DNA from: Octopus bimaculoides
Lineage: Eukaryota
NCBI RefSeq assembly: GCF_001194135.2
Contig: NC_068984.1
Span: 99,457,333-99,521,332, forward strand
DNA: 64,000 nucleotides
Direction of reading: 5' to 3'
Part shown: in pieces, positions 1 through 12,461 of the stretch
Position numbering within the stretch: the first letter of the stretch is position 1
How the letters are laid out: each line of letters begins with the position of its first letter
Translations under genes and position numbers: made by a program
Notes under the pieces: generated by a model
Database searches by the model: none
What the model was told of the DNA's origin: nothing
Seen by the model: only the letters and a program-made list of their open reading frames with translations

Positions 1-400
1 CAATCAGAAAACTTAGCTGAGATGTGGTCCACCTCCATATCTCATCCCAACTTATTTTCCTCTCAACAACATGTTCCTCCCACCTCGTCATCTGTCCTTG
101 CTGAATACATTGGATCAAATGAAGCTTTCTTCTCTCTGCTTCCTTCGTTTTGACGCTGTTGCTAACAACAGATTTGTGTTCGCTCCACATCATACTTGCA
201 AACAGTCTGAACTGATCTGCGCCAAAACCAAGTCCCTTCCGATGATTTTGTATTGCACCCAGCATATCTCGGTGTGTAAGACTGAATGTCATCAGTCTCT
301 GCTTCTACTTTCCACTTCCTGGTTGTTTTCACCTCTGGTGGATTATGCCTGATTTCCATGTCCTTCAGCTCTCTCAGCTTTATCGCCGTTCATACCTTCC
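1..400 (-). mobile_element. Decayed HERO/R2-like (RLE-clade) non-LTR retrotransposon fragment
   Basis: Minus-strand pieces PPEVKTTRKWKVEAETDD and QQGQMTRWEEHVVERKISWDEIWRWTTSQLSFLI resemble the post-RT region of HERO-type elements (TGRKWKA...QQGQWTRWE...RKISW); frameshifted. Confidence 0.7.
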
Positions 401-1099
401 TTAGTTTATATATTTTGACTATCAATGCCAGTGGTAATTGCAACAAACCGCTTTTACAATAAAGAGCTGAACTATTCAACTTCCGAGGTAGGCCTAGCCA
501 CTTTCTAATGAACACATTGAATTTTTGTTCAATGATTTGAACTCATGTCAATGCTACCTCATACAACAGCACTCATTCAACAGTAAAGTAGAAGCTTCTC
601 TTGAGATCATCTTGTAACTGTGACTTCATGATGACACTGAGGCCATCAAGAATAGCTCATACTTTTGTGAGACTAGTTTTTATAACTTTTCTGTTGATGC
701 AATGTTGCTTCTCTAGTGTACAAAAAGGCCTACAGCTTATAGAAGGTTCTATTTGATTATGCTTATTGAAACCTCCTGATTGTACCAGATGTAATTTGTC
801 TTTGAGATGGTAACATAAAATTCATCTTAGGCTTTTTCATGGACATGTAAACATGTCTCTAGTTTAGAGAGAGATTTTCCTTACAATAAAGATATGAACA
901 CTGTTAACTTCACTTAAACATTTAATCATTTGATGTCAGAATGTAGACACCAAATAATAAATATTTAAGTGAAATTAGCAGTTTTTTGTGTGTGTTTTTG
1001 AATGGCTTATATGCATCTTCCATGCTGCAATCATTTTAGTTTCAACACACTGTCTCAGATCAAATTACTTATTAGGAAAGTACAATTTCAAAATGTCCT

Positions 1100-1680
1100 T
1101 ATGGTGATCATAGCAAAAGTCTACAACAGATTGTTAGTGAAATGTGTAGAGACAAAACTTGAGAATGTCTTACAAAGAAACCAAAACAGGGAAAATCAGT
1201 CAAGTGATCTTAACTGTCAGGAGAATTGCTGAGGGAGTTAGAGCTAAAAATCTAGTCTTACAGTTGATTATAGACTTCTCAAAACCTTTTGACTTTGTTC
1301 CTCAAGGCAAAATGGAAGAAATTCTCTGAGACAGTATACCCCAAGAATTAGTAGCAGCAATACTGATGCTCTACAAGAACACAAGAGCCAGAGTCTAATC
1401 ACATGATGGAAACACTATTTTCTTTGATATCAGTGCAGGGTCTCACAAAGCAATATTCTCACACCATTCCTATTTATCATCCACCTGAACTATATCCTTT
1501 GCACATCAGTTGACAAAATTTTAGAACTCAGCTTCACTCTGACAAAATCCACCTTACTTTATCACTCAACCACTAAATAAATACAGATTATGTTGATGAT
1601 GTTCTCCTCACAGACTCCATCTCAGAAGCTTCCACCTTTTTACATGACCTGGAAAAAGCAGCAGCAGATGTTTGTCTTTC
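1100..1680 (+). mobile_element. Decayed RTE-like LINE reverse transcriptase fragment
   Basis: Pieces IAKVYNRLLVKCVETKLENVLQRNQN, DFSKPFDFVPQGKMEEIL, LTPFLFIIHLNYIL and DYVDDVL (degenerate YADD); stops and frameshifts. Confidence 0.75.
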
Positions 1681-1693
1681 AGATATTAATTAA

Positions 1694-1866
1694 GCCTTTA
1701 ATTATGCCAAAAGTATGCAGAGAGACAGAAGCTGTCAATAAGCAATTTCGATTGTCATGCTGTTTATAAAAAGCACAAAAATTCAATTTCAAAGTATTAA
1801 TTTTCACAGTTTTTTTGAAGTCAGAGTTAGTGACATGCTCAAATATAAATTAGCATACCTAAAGGG
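1694..1866. mobile_element. piggyBac-like MITE
   Basis: TTAA on both sides (1690-1693, 1867-1870); imperfect terminal inverted repeats gcctttaattatgc / gcatacctaaaggg. Confidence 0.45.
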
Positions 1867-1952
1867 TTAACCACTTTTTCTTGTAAAAAACAGTCCTGTG
1901 ACAGAGAATTAAAAGCCCATCAGATCATCTAAAGTATATTGCCAGAACCTAC

Positions 1953-1996
1953 CATCTCAGTTCCAAAGGCCATTTTGGATGAATTTCTCTCATTGG
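1953..1996 (-). CDS. Candidate 44-nt exon (phase 1 to 0, S-NERNSSKMAFGTEM) or alternative first exon starting at ATG 1973 (MAFGTEM)
   Basis: Donor ATG|gtaggt; weak A-rich acceptor aaataaacag; frame-compatible with the 2136-2216 exon; NF-Y-like AGCCAATGAG and YY1-like CAAAATGGCC overlap it. Confidence 0.3.
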
Positions 1997-2135
1997 CTGT
2001 TTATTTTAGAATTTTTATTGAGATGTTCACAGAAATAGGTTAAAACTACAATAATAGCAAATACAATTGTAATTTGTCAATAGTAATTATAATGGCTACA
2101 GAAACATTTATAAACAGAAACCAGGAATCACTTAC

Positions 2136-2216
2136 AGTTGCTGTTGTTATTGCTGTCCTTGAAACAACTTGCCATTCCAGCTGTTCCATCAGTTGTTGCT
2201 GTTGTAGAAGATGGTC
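2136..2216 (-). CDS. Candidate internal exon (81 nt) of unidentified minus-strand gene
   Basis: Acceptor tttctgctatttttataaaacag and consensus donor ACT|gtaagt; open as phase 1-1 (G-PSSTTATTDGTAGMASCFKDSNNNSN) and also as phase 0-0 (DHLLQQQQLMEQLEWQVVSRTAITTAT); non-repeat context. Confidence 0.55.
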
Positions 2217-3429
2217 CTGTTTTATAAAAATAGCAGAAATCATTTCACTATCACAATAAAACATTTCTATCATTGTCTAGCTTGATATTCAACAACTAAT
2301 TAACACTCTTGTTTTGTTTGTTTTTCTCTCCTCTTTTTATTATATTTTCAAGTTGTTATTAAATAAAAGATTTTTATATAATGAAATAACCATTTTTTTT
2401 TTGTTTTTCTTTTTAAACAATCTAAACACATGTAGGTTCTCTTTTCTTTCTTTTTTTTTAATTTCTATTTGCATATTTTTTTTAATTATCTAAATACATC
2501 AGATCAATTTATCCCATTGTTTAAAACACATCAACATTTATCTTTTAAAAAATCTAAACACATTTATATTTTACTATCATTTTCTTCTTTCTCTTTGTCT
2601 TTTTTAAGAATCTAAACACATCAGTTTTGTTTGCTTTTTTCCCTTCTTTATTTTTAATGTTTTGCAGTTGTTCTAGTTTCTTTTAATGTTCAAATCAAGC
2701 AGCTTGTTCTCAAGTAACACACTTGTCTTGTCTTCTAAGAGACTTGATGAAGTATGTTCTTTGTCTGTCTGTATGTATGTACTGTGTGTGTGTATGTCTG
2801 CCTGGTTGCCAGTCCTGTGTGTGTGTCTGTATTTGATTAAATTCTCATGGTAACTAATTGTGTTCAAATTCAGTATTAGGATAAATTATTTACCATGGAA
2901 TTAAGTTAAGGGGTGGGCATCCAGTAGATATAATATTTAACTTAATTATCCAAATTAATGCTGTTGGTACATTTGAGATATTTCTCTTGAATCACCAACA
3001 CACTAATCTGTGACTCACAAATTCTTCCTCTCTCTACCTCTTCTACCACTACTTTTCTGATCTACCTAATTGCATGCCATATTTTCCATTCAATTAATCC
3101 AACACACTTGTATCTCTCCTCTTTAGTGCATTTCACTACCTACCAAACTATGTACTAATTACTTTGATTAATCCCCCGACACATAACTTGCAACCTGCTG
3201 GAACTACCGTCTATTGATGTCTATTCTTGTAAAAAAACATTTTGATGTAATAAGTCTCCAACTTTCTCAGGAATCAATACTTCCCATAAAATATTTCTTA
3301 GTGGAACAATATGTACTACCTGCATTCACCTTGCCTTTCACTCAAGTAAAAGGGACTCAAAGAAACACCCTCTACTTCTCCTTGTAGAACACACACTCTT
3401 GGGGGGGGGGCTTAAAATGTCTGGTGGAG

Positions 3430-4080
3430 TGGAATATGGCCTAGTCACCTGTGTAGATAATCAGGTTGTCCTTGAGGGAGTCATACTCAAGGACTGTGTA
3501 GAAGCATTATAGTTAAATTACAAAGGTAAAAGTGACACCATAGACAGAAATAATTACAGAAGTATCAAAGTACTGGATCAGGTCATGGAAATCATAGCTC
3601 TACTAATTAGGAAGAGAGTTGGTCTAGATGAGACGCAATTTGGTTTTGTGCCAAAGCACTATTGATGCTAACTTCTTGGTAAGGCAACTACAGGAGATGC
3701 TTTTTTGCCAAAAATAAACCTCTGCACTTGGCTTTTGTCAACACAGAGAAAGCCTTTGACAAGGTCCCCTACTCCCTTATCTGGTGGTTTTGCAGAAGCT
3801 AAGGATAGATGGGTAGTTGGTGAGATCTATACAGGCCATTTACAGGGTTGCTGTCAGTAAAGTGAAAGTCAGCAATGAGTATAGTAACAAATTTAGTTTA
3901 CTGGTAGGAATTTACTAAGGATTAGTTTTTAGCCGCTTTCTGTTTATCATAGACCTCTGGGTCCTTAACAGAGGAATTTAAGAGAGGTTACCCTTGGGAG
4001 CTCCTCTATGCTGATGACCTTGTTCTTATAGATAAATCCCTACCAGAACTAGAGAAGAAATTTCAAGGTCTGGAATCAAA
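3430..4080 (+). mobile_element. Decayed RTE/BovB-like LINE RT fragment
   Basis: YKGKSDTIDRNNYRSIKVLDQVME, ETQFGFVP, LAFVNTEKAFDKVP, PWELLYADDLVL; stops and frameshifts. Confidence 0.8.
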
Positions 4081-5334
4081 GTGGCTTTCCGTTTTCCTAT
4101 GTGTTCGTTCCGTTGTCTGTAGTTCATTGTTCTAACGTCCTGTACCCTGATATGCATATATATACACATGTAGATGTAAGTATGTACATATATGTGTGTA
4201 TACATGTATATATATTCTTTGTATTATTACATTATTGAACGCACACGTCCTTTTTTTTTGCAAGTAAGTCTACTTATATATNNNNNNNNNNNNNNNNNNN
4301 NNNNNNNNNNNNNNNNNNNNNNNNNNNNNNNNNNNNNNNNNNNNNNNNNNNNNNNNNNNNNNNNNNNNNNNNNNNNNNNNNNNNNNNNNNNNNNNNNNNN
4401 NNNNNNNNNNNNNNNNNNNNNNNNNNNNNNNNNNNNNNNNNNNNNNNNNNNNNNNNNNNNNNNNNNNNNNNNNNNNNNNNNNNNNNNNNNNNNNNNNNNN
4501 NNNNNNNNNNNNNNNNNNNNNNNNNNNNNNNNNNNNNNNNNNNNNNNNNNNNNNNNNNNNNNNNNNNNNNNNNNNNNNNNNNNNNNNNNNNNNNNNNNNN
4601 NNNNNNNNNNNNNNNNNNNNNNNNNNNNNNNNNNNNNNNNNNNNNNNNNNNNNNNNNNNNNNNNNNNNNNNNNNNNNNNNNNNNNNNNNNNNNNNNNNNN
4701 NNNNNNNNNNNNNNNNNNNNNNNNNNNNNNNNNNNNNNNNNNNNNNNNNNNNNNNNNNNNNNNNNNNNNNNNNNNNNNNNNNNNNNNNNNNNNNNNNNNN
4801 NNNNNNNNNNNNNNNNNNNNNNNNNNNNNNNNNNNNNNNNNNNNNNNNNNNNNNNATATATATATGTATGTATGTATGTATGTATATACACACACGCACT
4901 CCCAACAAATTCAATAAAGGTATATTTCAGCTACCACAACAGCCTATATCATGCTGCTACATAGAGATAATTCTGCATTTGGCACAGTTGCCAAAAATTA
5001 CAATAATCTTCTCTTGGTACTTCACTGATGAAAAAACACTTCAACCAACCAATCTCAGCAGATCTACTGCAGATCAATAATCCAGCACCAATATAATATA
5101 AGCCTTCGCATTGGCTGATTATTTTTTTCTCTATTTCTAGTGTAATGGTAGATGATGATGATAATAATAATAATAATGATTTCTTTTATTTATATAATGA
5201 TTTCTTTTATAATAATAATAGACACAAAAGTTTTTTTTTTTTTTTCCATCTATTTTCAGTTTTTATCATTATCTACTTTGGTATGTTCGATTCTTTTCTC
5301 AGTTTTACTTTGTTCTTTTTTTTATCATTTTGGG

Positions 5335-5586
5335 TATAATGGTTGTCTTTTAGATACAGATTGATAAGAAAACTAGAATCTTCTGCTGACAGAGAATAAG
5401 AGTAGGTCAGTACTACAGCAGGAAGACAAGATTGATTTCAATACAGGTTCATCATTACAATTGGTATTTTGTTTGAGTTTTAGTAAGTTAATTATCATGA
5501 CAAATTTATAAGAGGTTGGTATTTCCCCATCTTAAATACTAAACTATCTGTACCTCTGTCATATTGTTAAATACCAAGTTACCCTT
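5335..5586. repeat. Dispersed copy of the Penelope-associated UTR repeat (other copy 9655-9915)
   Basis: gaaaactagaatcttctgctgacagagaat...ttcatcattacaattggtattt...tttccccatctt is shared collinearly with 9655-9915. Confidence 0.7.
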
Positions 5587-6020
5587 TTGTTACACAAATA
5601 TGTCCCATTGCCAAGAACTATACATGTTGTGTGTGTGTGTGTATATATACACATACCAATCTTGTGGTCTCGTGAGAGGGGCATTAGACAAACGAATCTT
5701 GTGGTCTCTTGGGAAGGTCATTACACCAATAATAACACATGCACTGTTTGAATATCACTTCTTTATTGTTAGACAATTGGTTAAATACCCAAATTACTAA
5801 TCACTCATTTATTTTACTGTCCTGGTTAAAAATCAGTCACTTGTTTATTTGTCAAAGTCCATTCATAGCTGTTTATGATCACATATATAAGTGTGTGTGT
5901 ATATATACACATACCAATCTTGTGGTCTCGTGAGAGGGGCATTAGACAAACGAATCTTGTGGTCTCTTGGGAAGGTCATTACACCAATANNNNNNNNNNA
6001 TATATAAGAAAATAAATAAT

Positions 6021-6513
6021 AATAATAAGGCAGAATGCTAAACTGAAAGCATATTTTAATATAGATGTGTATAAGGAGGATTAAAAAGGATTTCTAATCG
6101 CTTTCATTGCATGGCAAATTTTCTGCAGTCCAGAACTCCAACTAAAGAATGTAAAACCCACAGAATTGTCTTCCCTTACACACACTTCTTGTTTTGACAC
6201 CACACTTCCTGTTTAACACACAAACTCTCAGCCTTTTTTAAACAACACACGATTCTTAATTACATTCATCCTAATCTTTCTAACAATTATCTACATGGAT
6301 TACCATTGAACTTTAAAACTCAAAGACAATATAATGTATTGGTATATTTATTTTTTTATATATTTTTTATATTTTTGTAAAAAAACATTATTTTCATTTT
6401 TCCGCTTCTTGAAAATTTGCCATGCAATGAAAGCCGGTTAGAAAACCTTTTTAAACCTCCTTATACATATCTATATTAAAATATGCTTTCAGTTTAGCAT
6501 TCTGCCTTATTAT
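6021..6513. repeat. Interspersed repeat with ~100-bp inverted arms; arm-less copy at ~49855-50270
   Basis: 6021-6123 is the reverse complement of ~6411-6513 with few mismatches; 6128-6513 is collinear with 49880-50270. Confidence 0.8.
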
Positions 6514-7913
6514 TGTTTTGGCTTGGTTTCTACAGCTGGATGCCCTTCCCCATGCTAGCCACTTTACAGAGAATACTGAGTGCTTTTTACATGGTACCAG
6601 CACCCATACCGATGCTTTATAAATGACACTTTGATTTTAGGATATCAATTCTGTTGTGGTTCTCAGTATATTATCAGAAAATAGATGGAACAATTGTAAA
6701 TGGAAAACCATTCATCATAAGTCTGCTTGGTCTGAATTAACGAAAGGCTAAAAGACAATAACAACAGTAAACTGTACTTTAATAAGAAAGCAATTAACAC
6801 ATTCAAAGGGAATTGGCACAAGAATTCAGAGATGAACATTTACCAACAGTTACTCTATATAATGCTTATATTTTCCCTGCAGTCATGAACTTGCAATCAT
6901 TCAAGAGGAATATTAACTGTGTCAATTACACTATTCTCAAAAGAACAGTGAAGGTAACAGGTACATCATCGTCTTGTAGAAAATCAATTAGATATATTAG
7001 TACAAGTAGTGTTGTTAGAAATTTGAACTTGAATAAAGTTTATATTATGTTACTACTTTAAACTGAATATTTTGTTAAGTAGTTGCTTTTGTTATTCAAC
7101 CCTATTGTTTAACCTTGCTTAATTCTCCAAAAGTGCTTATCTCCTGCTATGTAACACCTCTGCAATGTTTATCTCCAGGTAATTCTAACTTTCTGCAATG
7201 TTAACCTCCCTGTAACATTACCTTACTCACTTTTGCATCATTGGAATACTAAAAGATATTGACACAATATAAATTTCCAATTCCTTCCTTTCATTATTAT
7301 CATAGATAAAATATTCCAGGTTTTACTGTTCCAAATTCCTGTCCTTAATTGAACCCTTTCAGGAAAACTGCTTTTCTTCTCTTTCTTTCTTTCCTTTTTT
7401 GTGTCTTTCATCCCTTCTATACTTATTTCTTTAAATCATTCGGTCTTCTTTTTCTTCTTTCTTCTCTCATCTGTCTTCTTTGTCTCTCAAATCTAAGTAC
7501 AAAGAAGGTCTTAAAGTTATATTTTCATGTATTTTCACGATACCTTTTTTTTATTTTGTTCTTGTTAATGTTTGAAGTTGTTAATGCTGTAAATACATTT
7601 AATATTGTTTTCTCATTCCATATCTATACTTAAACTTCTGCTCATGTTTTGGTAACTTTAAAAATCTCACTGGATTTGGCATTTTCTCTCTGACTTCAAA
7701 AGTGTCTACTGTTGACTTTGATAGTGCAGTTCTTCACAATTTCTACGAAACTTCACAGTAGGAATTCTCTTCAATTATTTCTAGAATATCAGGAAAAGGA
7801 CAATTTTGCTTTGAGATCTGATACTGGTTTGGGTCAGTGTTCTATTCAAAATATCTTGCCTCATAAGATTTGCCATTTTTAAAAATACACTATAGAAAAC
7901 GTACACACTTGCA

Positions 7914-7914
<1 letters not shown>

Positions 7915-7952
<38 letters not shown>

Positions 7953-7962
7953 TGATCTATCG

Positions 7963-8008
<46 letters not shown>

Positions 8009-8022
8009 ATACATACACACAA

Positions 8023-8058
<36 letters not shown>
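7915..8058. repeat. Compound (TATC)n / (TG)n microsatellite
   Basis: Directly visible. Confidence 0.95.
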
Positions 8059-8061
<3 letters not shown>

Positions 8062-8483
8062 CACAAGTATTACTTTCATATCTTTGCAAATTTATGCCTG
8101 TAAACTACCAGCAAAGTATGAAGAATCAACATTAGAAATCTCTTTTGGAAACCTCCAAAATTAAAGGATGAATCTACATTCAACCTTTTTACACCTATAT
8201 TACTATGTATGTATGTATGTATACATACGTACATACACACAAGTATGTATGAGTTTGTGTATATGTATGCACTCTCATACATATATATAGTATCAGGTGA
8301 GGAATGGCTGGAATGTCAGAAAATGGAATGACGCCTCAGCTTCAGATAAATGAATAACCTCTTCTATATTTATTATCTCATATGCATGTATACACATTTA
8401 TACATGTGTGTGTGTGTGTGTGTATAATGAATGTATATGCATACAGCACACACACACATACAGACGTATATTATACACAAATT

Positions 8484-8890
8484 TGGCACAGGTGTGGCTG
8501 TGTGGTAAGCAGTTTGCTTCCCAACCTTATGGTTCAATGTTCAGTCTCACTGTAAGGTACCTTAGGCAAGTGTCTACTACTATAGCCCTGTGCTGACTCA
8601 AGTCTTGTGAATGGATTTGGTAGGCAGAAACTGAAAGAAGCCTATCATACATATACATTTATAGATATCTATGTCTGTATGAGTTTGTGTTTGTATTCAT
8701 CGTTCACTGCCATTTGACAACCAGTGTTGGTTTGTTTACATCCCCATATCAGTGGTTTTACATAAGAGGCCCTTAGTATAAACAGCAAGCTTAAAAAATA
8801 AGTCTTGGAGGCAACTCACTCTTTCAAAAACACTCCAAAAGGTGGTGCCCCAGCATGGCCACAGTTCAGTGACTGAAACAAGTAAAATAT
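8484..8890 (+). mobile_element. tRNA-derived octopus SINE (OR2-like, CORE-type); other copies or parts at ~16945-17040, 19730-19965, 24700-24905, 40885-41255, 44222-44380, 49438-49790, 51220-51410, 57990-58215
   Basis: Head ggc(g/a)cagg(a/t)gtggctgtgtggtaag...ggttcagtcccactg (A/B-box-like), then caccttgggcaagtgtcttctactatagcc, internal (TA/TG)n and shared tail ...cagcatggcc...tgactgaaacaagtaaaag. Family name is from memory. Confidence 0.75.
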
Positions 8891-8896
8891 GAAAGC

Positions 8897-8928
<32 letters not shown>

Positions 8929-9210
8929 TATGTGCATGTGTATATGTTTGCATATGCACAAGTGTTTGTTTTTGTTCCCTGCTACCACTTGACGACTTGT
9001 GTTCATTTGTTTATGCCCCCATAACATAACATTTCAACAAAAGAGACCAATATAAGAAGTACCAGACTTAAAAGATACATATTGGGATTTATTTGTTTGA
9101 CTAAGCCCTTCAAAGCAGTGCATCAGCATATAAACATCCCTAGAATTCAGTCCTGTACAGGGATGATGGCCTGACATTCACAAGATATATGAACAGCCCA
9201 TACCATAAAT

Positions 9211-9964
9211 ATGTTTAGAAAGAATCTTACGAATATCTTCAAAGCATTTGACCTAATTCTAGTTGCTACCACCACCTTACTGAAGATCAATTCTCTGGAT
9301 GAAACCATAGGCTTTGACACAAACTTGTACCACCACTACAGAAAGGAAAGTGTTTATATTCATTGTCACTTCAATCACACTTCAGCTGTAATTAGAAGCC
9401 TAGTCACAGGTAGTAGCAAAAAAATCTCTAATTTCTCTGCAGACACGGAGATCTTCAACAGAGTTTACATCACCCCACCTTATGATAAGACAGTAGTAAG
9501 GCATAACTTCACTGCTACTTTAGTGTATATGAAGGATAACCTCCTCTCAAAACCCAGAGAGAGTTAGAAATGGAAAGGTAATCTGGTTTAATCCTTCGTA
9601 TAATTCTAGATGTTCTCTCTAATTAGACAATATTTCTCAAGAACCCATAGATATCATAATGGTTGCCTTTTATATATGGAATGATGAGAAAACTAGAATC
9701 TTCTGCTGACAGAGAATTAGAGTAGGTCAGCACTACAGCAGGGAAGCAAGACTGGTTTCAATATATGTTCATCATTACAATTGGTATTTCAATTTGAGTA
9801 TTATGAAGTTAGCTATCATGATAAATTTATAAAAGACTGACATTTCCCCATCTTCAATACTGAGCTATCTCTACCTCTCTGTGGTATGTTAAATTGTTAT
9901 ATACTAGGTCACCCTTACTGACACCAATTTGACAATATTTCTCAAGAACTCATTGATATTATAA
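9211..9964 (+). mobile_element. Penelope-like retroelement fragment (RT C-terminal part plus repeated terminal region)
   Basis: ORF 9211-9567 KINSLDETIGFDTNLYHHYRKESVYIHCHFNHTSAVIRSL resembles PLE RT (VNFLDVT.DL..G.Y.PYRKP...Y....SNHP..I); ~34-bp direct repeat at 9626-9659 and 9931-9964 resembles a pseudo-LTR arrangement. Confidence 0.7.
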
Positions 9965-11283
9965 ACCCTTTAATTCTCATAACATGAAAGTCAGCTACTC
10001 ATGTTTAGATACTATTGTTTCTCACATTGCTCACTAAAACATGAGCAAACATGCCTCCATACAGTCTTCTCACCACACAAAGCCCTCCTTTAATCAGCTT
10101 GAGCTCAAAACTGCCAACTCTACTACTATGGAGAACTTCAGATATTCCAGTAGTTTGCAGTATCCATTAATAGGGAAATCAACCTATCCTATAGTTATCA
10201 TTAGAGGCACACCCCGTTAATGAACTTCAAAATGTTAGCCACTAATGACCCAGGAATGCCACCTAACTGACCAATGCAGAATAGCAGTATATATATAGTC
10301 CCTGCTGTTCACAAAGAGATTACAACCTATTATCATCTGTCAGAGTTGCATGTCATGCAACCTGAAACAACTTGATACCATGAAACCAGTTATTTTTCCA
10401 GAATGTTAACTGTTATTGCTAAAATGTCATGCCTTATAGAATGCTGACTAACCAATGTCAACATGTTGTCTGTTCTACTATGTGGTGCATGTAATGAGAA
10501 AACTATGTTGTTGAAATAGCATACCCTACAGAATGGTAACTATCTGACATAGACTTTCTGTGTGCTCAACTATATGCAGCATGTAATGACTGAACTGTTG
10601 TCACTAAATTAATTAAAATACCTACATGACATGAATTGATCCATAAAAGCTTAAATAATCTCACATATGAGCCATTTAAAATTTCTTTTAATGCATTCAT
10701 ACATTTCATCATAAGGACATGTTCTATGCTTATGAAGCCTTAAATAATGTAGAGCTGAGTCAATCTGTTATTAAATACCTACAACTTCAACTAAATATAG
10801 TGAGTACTCCTTTCTTTCATTGTTCACACACACACACACACTCACATAAACACATGTATGTACATTCAAATACCATATATACTTCCGTTATTTTCTGTTT
10901 TTGCTTTGTAATGAATTTAAAATGATTGATTGATTGCTTACACAGTTTTATTTTGTCTCCATTCTGAAAATTACCAATATTTCATCACTGCCATAACATT
11001 ATAGACCACAATATCAGTTAAAAGCTCACTAGAATCTTGGAATACATTTAGAATCACTAACCAATGCTAGAATGAAACTATATGTTCAATAATATTAGAT
11101 TCTTGACAAACAATTAAGTAAAATCTGACACAGAAATAAGATTATTCTGAGAAAATAATAGAAAAATATAAATTACCAATTTGACAGTAACTAGATAGAT
11201 TGACTTGTGGTATTTGCTCTCTTTCTTTATATTTTTAGTTTAAATTCCATTTAAATGCCAATGACCAGAGCTAAGGTACTGAC

Positions 11284-11393
11284 CATTAGAGCATTCAGTC
11301 TGTAGTTGTCTAGTATAGACTGGTGTGTCTACAACCAGTACAGATAAATCAGAGACAGTGTAGAGGCTCCATCCAACTGAGGAATGACAATAA
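11284..11393 (-). CDS. Candidate internal exon (110 nt, phase 2 to 1): I-YCHSSVGWSLYTVSDLSVLVVDTPVYTRQLQTECSN-G
   Basis: Strong acceptor tttttatatttaattcttttcag, donor ATG|gtcagt; one frame open throughout; phase matches both neighbouring candidate exons; unique sequence. Confidence 0.5.
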
Positions 11394-11501
11394 CTGAAAA
11401 GAATTAAATATAAAAATGTTCTAATGATTTTCAGGACTTTGTGTGTACTTTTGTTAAAATAGCATCCCAGTAATATCTTATAATACAGTACTATATGTTA
11501 A

Positions 11502-11870
11502 TTATTACTACCGCCTTAGCAAAGGTGGAGGTATTGTTTTCAGTTGTGTTTGTTTGTTTGACCATGGACAAGATATCTTAAGAACTGCTAGATGGATTCA
11601 GATGAAACTTTCAGGGATGTTTGTTCTCATGGCTGGCACAAACTGATTAGATTTTGGGATTGATCTGGTACTGGACAAGGATTCTGGATTAGTTTTTCCT
11701 ATTTTCTTTTACTTAATTTTTGAGAGCAGTCCATTTCATTTTTAGTATTCTTGTTTGTGAGAACAGTTGAGTTTATTTCAGATATTCTCGTTTTAAAATC
11801 AACTCTGGTTAATCGTTGAGAGGACATTGGTGTTGCTTTAGCAGAGGTTTGTGCTCTCTGAGTGCTCGTT
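11502..11870 (+). mobile_element. Non-autonomous Helentron-type (HINE/DINE-1-like) element
   Basis: 5' hairpin tactaccgcc-ttagcaaa-ggtggaggta, (GTTT)n tract, 3' gcagaggtttgtgctctctgagtgctc followed by T run; second copy inverted at 30022-30388. Confidence 0.65.
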
Positions 11871-12461
11871 TTTGTTTAATTTTGCTAAGCATTTTGCCCA
11901 GTGTGCTAATGATTCTGCCAGCTCATTGCCTTAATAATAATAATAATACTTTCTTTTATTTTCTGTTATTGGCCACAAAGGCTGAACACAAAAAGTAGGG
12001 ACAATACAATACAAGGGACAAGTGGGGTGTTGAACAATGCTGTGTATACAATAAGTAACAAAAAGCAAATAACAAAACAATTAAACAATAAAAGTTCCCC
12101 AAAAGGGGCAGTTTCTCATAGGGACAGTCACAGAACCCCACACAACCTGGTTATCCTGACTGCCAAGTGCACCTCAGCAGACACCTCTCTCCTCGACTCC
12201 TCCAGTTTACAAATGAAAGTTCAGAGTAGGCCCATTCACAAGGGCCATCCTTGCCATACTCATCCACCTTTCAACAAATTTACTGGGAGGCAGAACTTTT
12301 CTTTTCAAGTGGAACTTGAAAGAGTCGATGAGGGCTTGGCTGAAGAGAAAGTATCTGTCTTCAGTCCTTTCAGTCTCATTCACCACACTACCTCCTTCGC
12401 CACAGCCAAAATTATAATAATAATAATTATGATAATGATTAGTAGTAGTAGTAGTAGTAGT

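Noticed and set aside
663-729. Possible minus-strand exon with donor gtatga
   Set aside because: Weak acceptor, and its only open frame is incompatible with the neighbouring candidate exons.
5632-5989. Exact ~100-bp direct duplication (5640-5739 and 5890-5989)
   Set aside because: The second copy ends exactly at a 10-N gap; most likely an unmerged contig overlap.
6800-7880. Purine-rich minus-strand stretch reading like a Lys/Glu/Arg-rich protein
   Set aside because: Stops occur roughly every 15-20 codons in the best frame, as expected by chance; no motif recognised. At most an old retroelement remnant.
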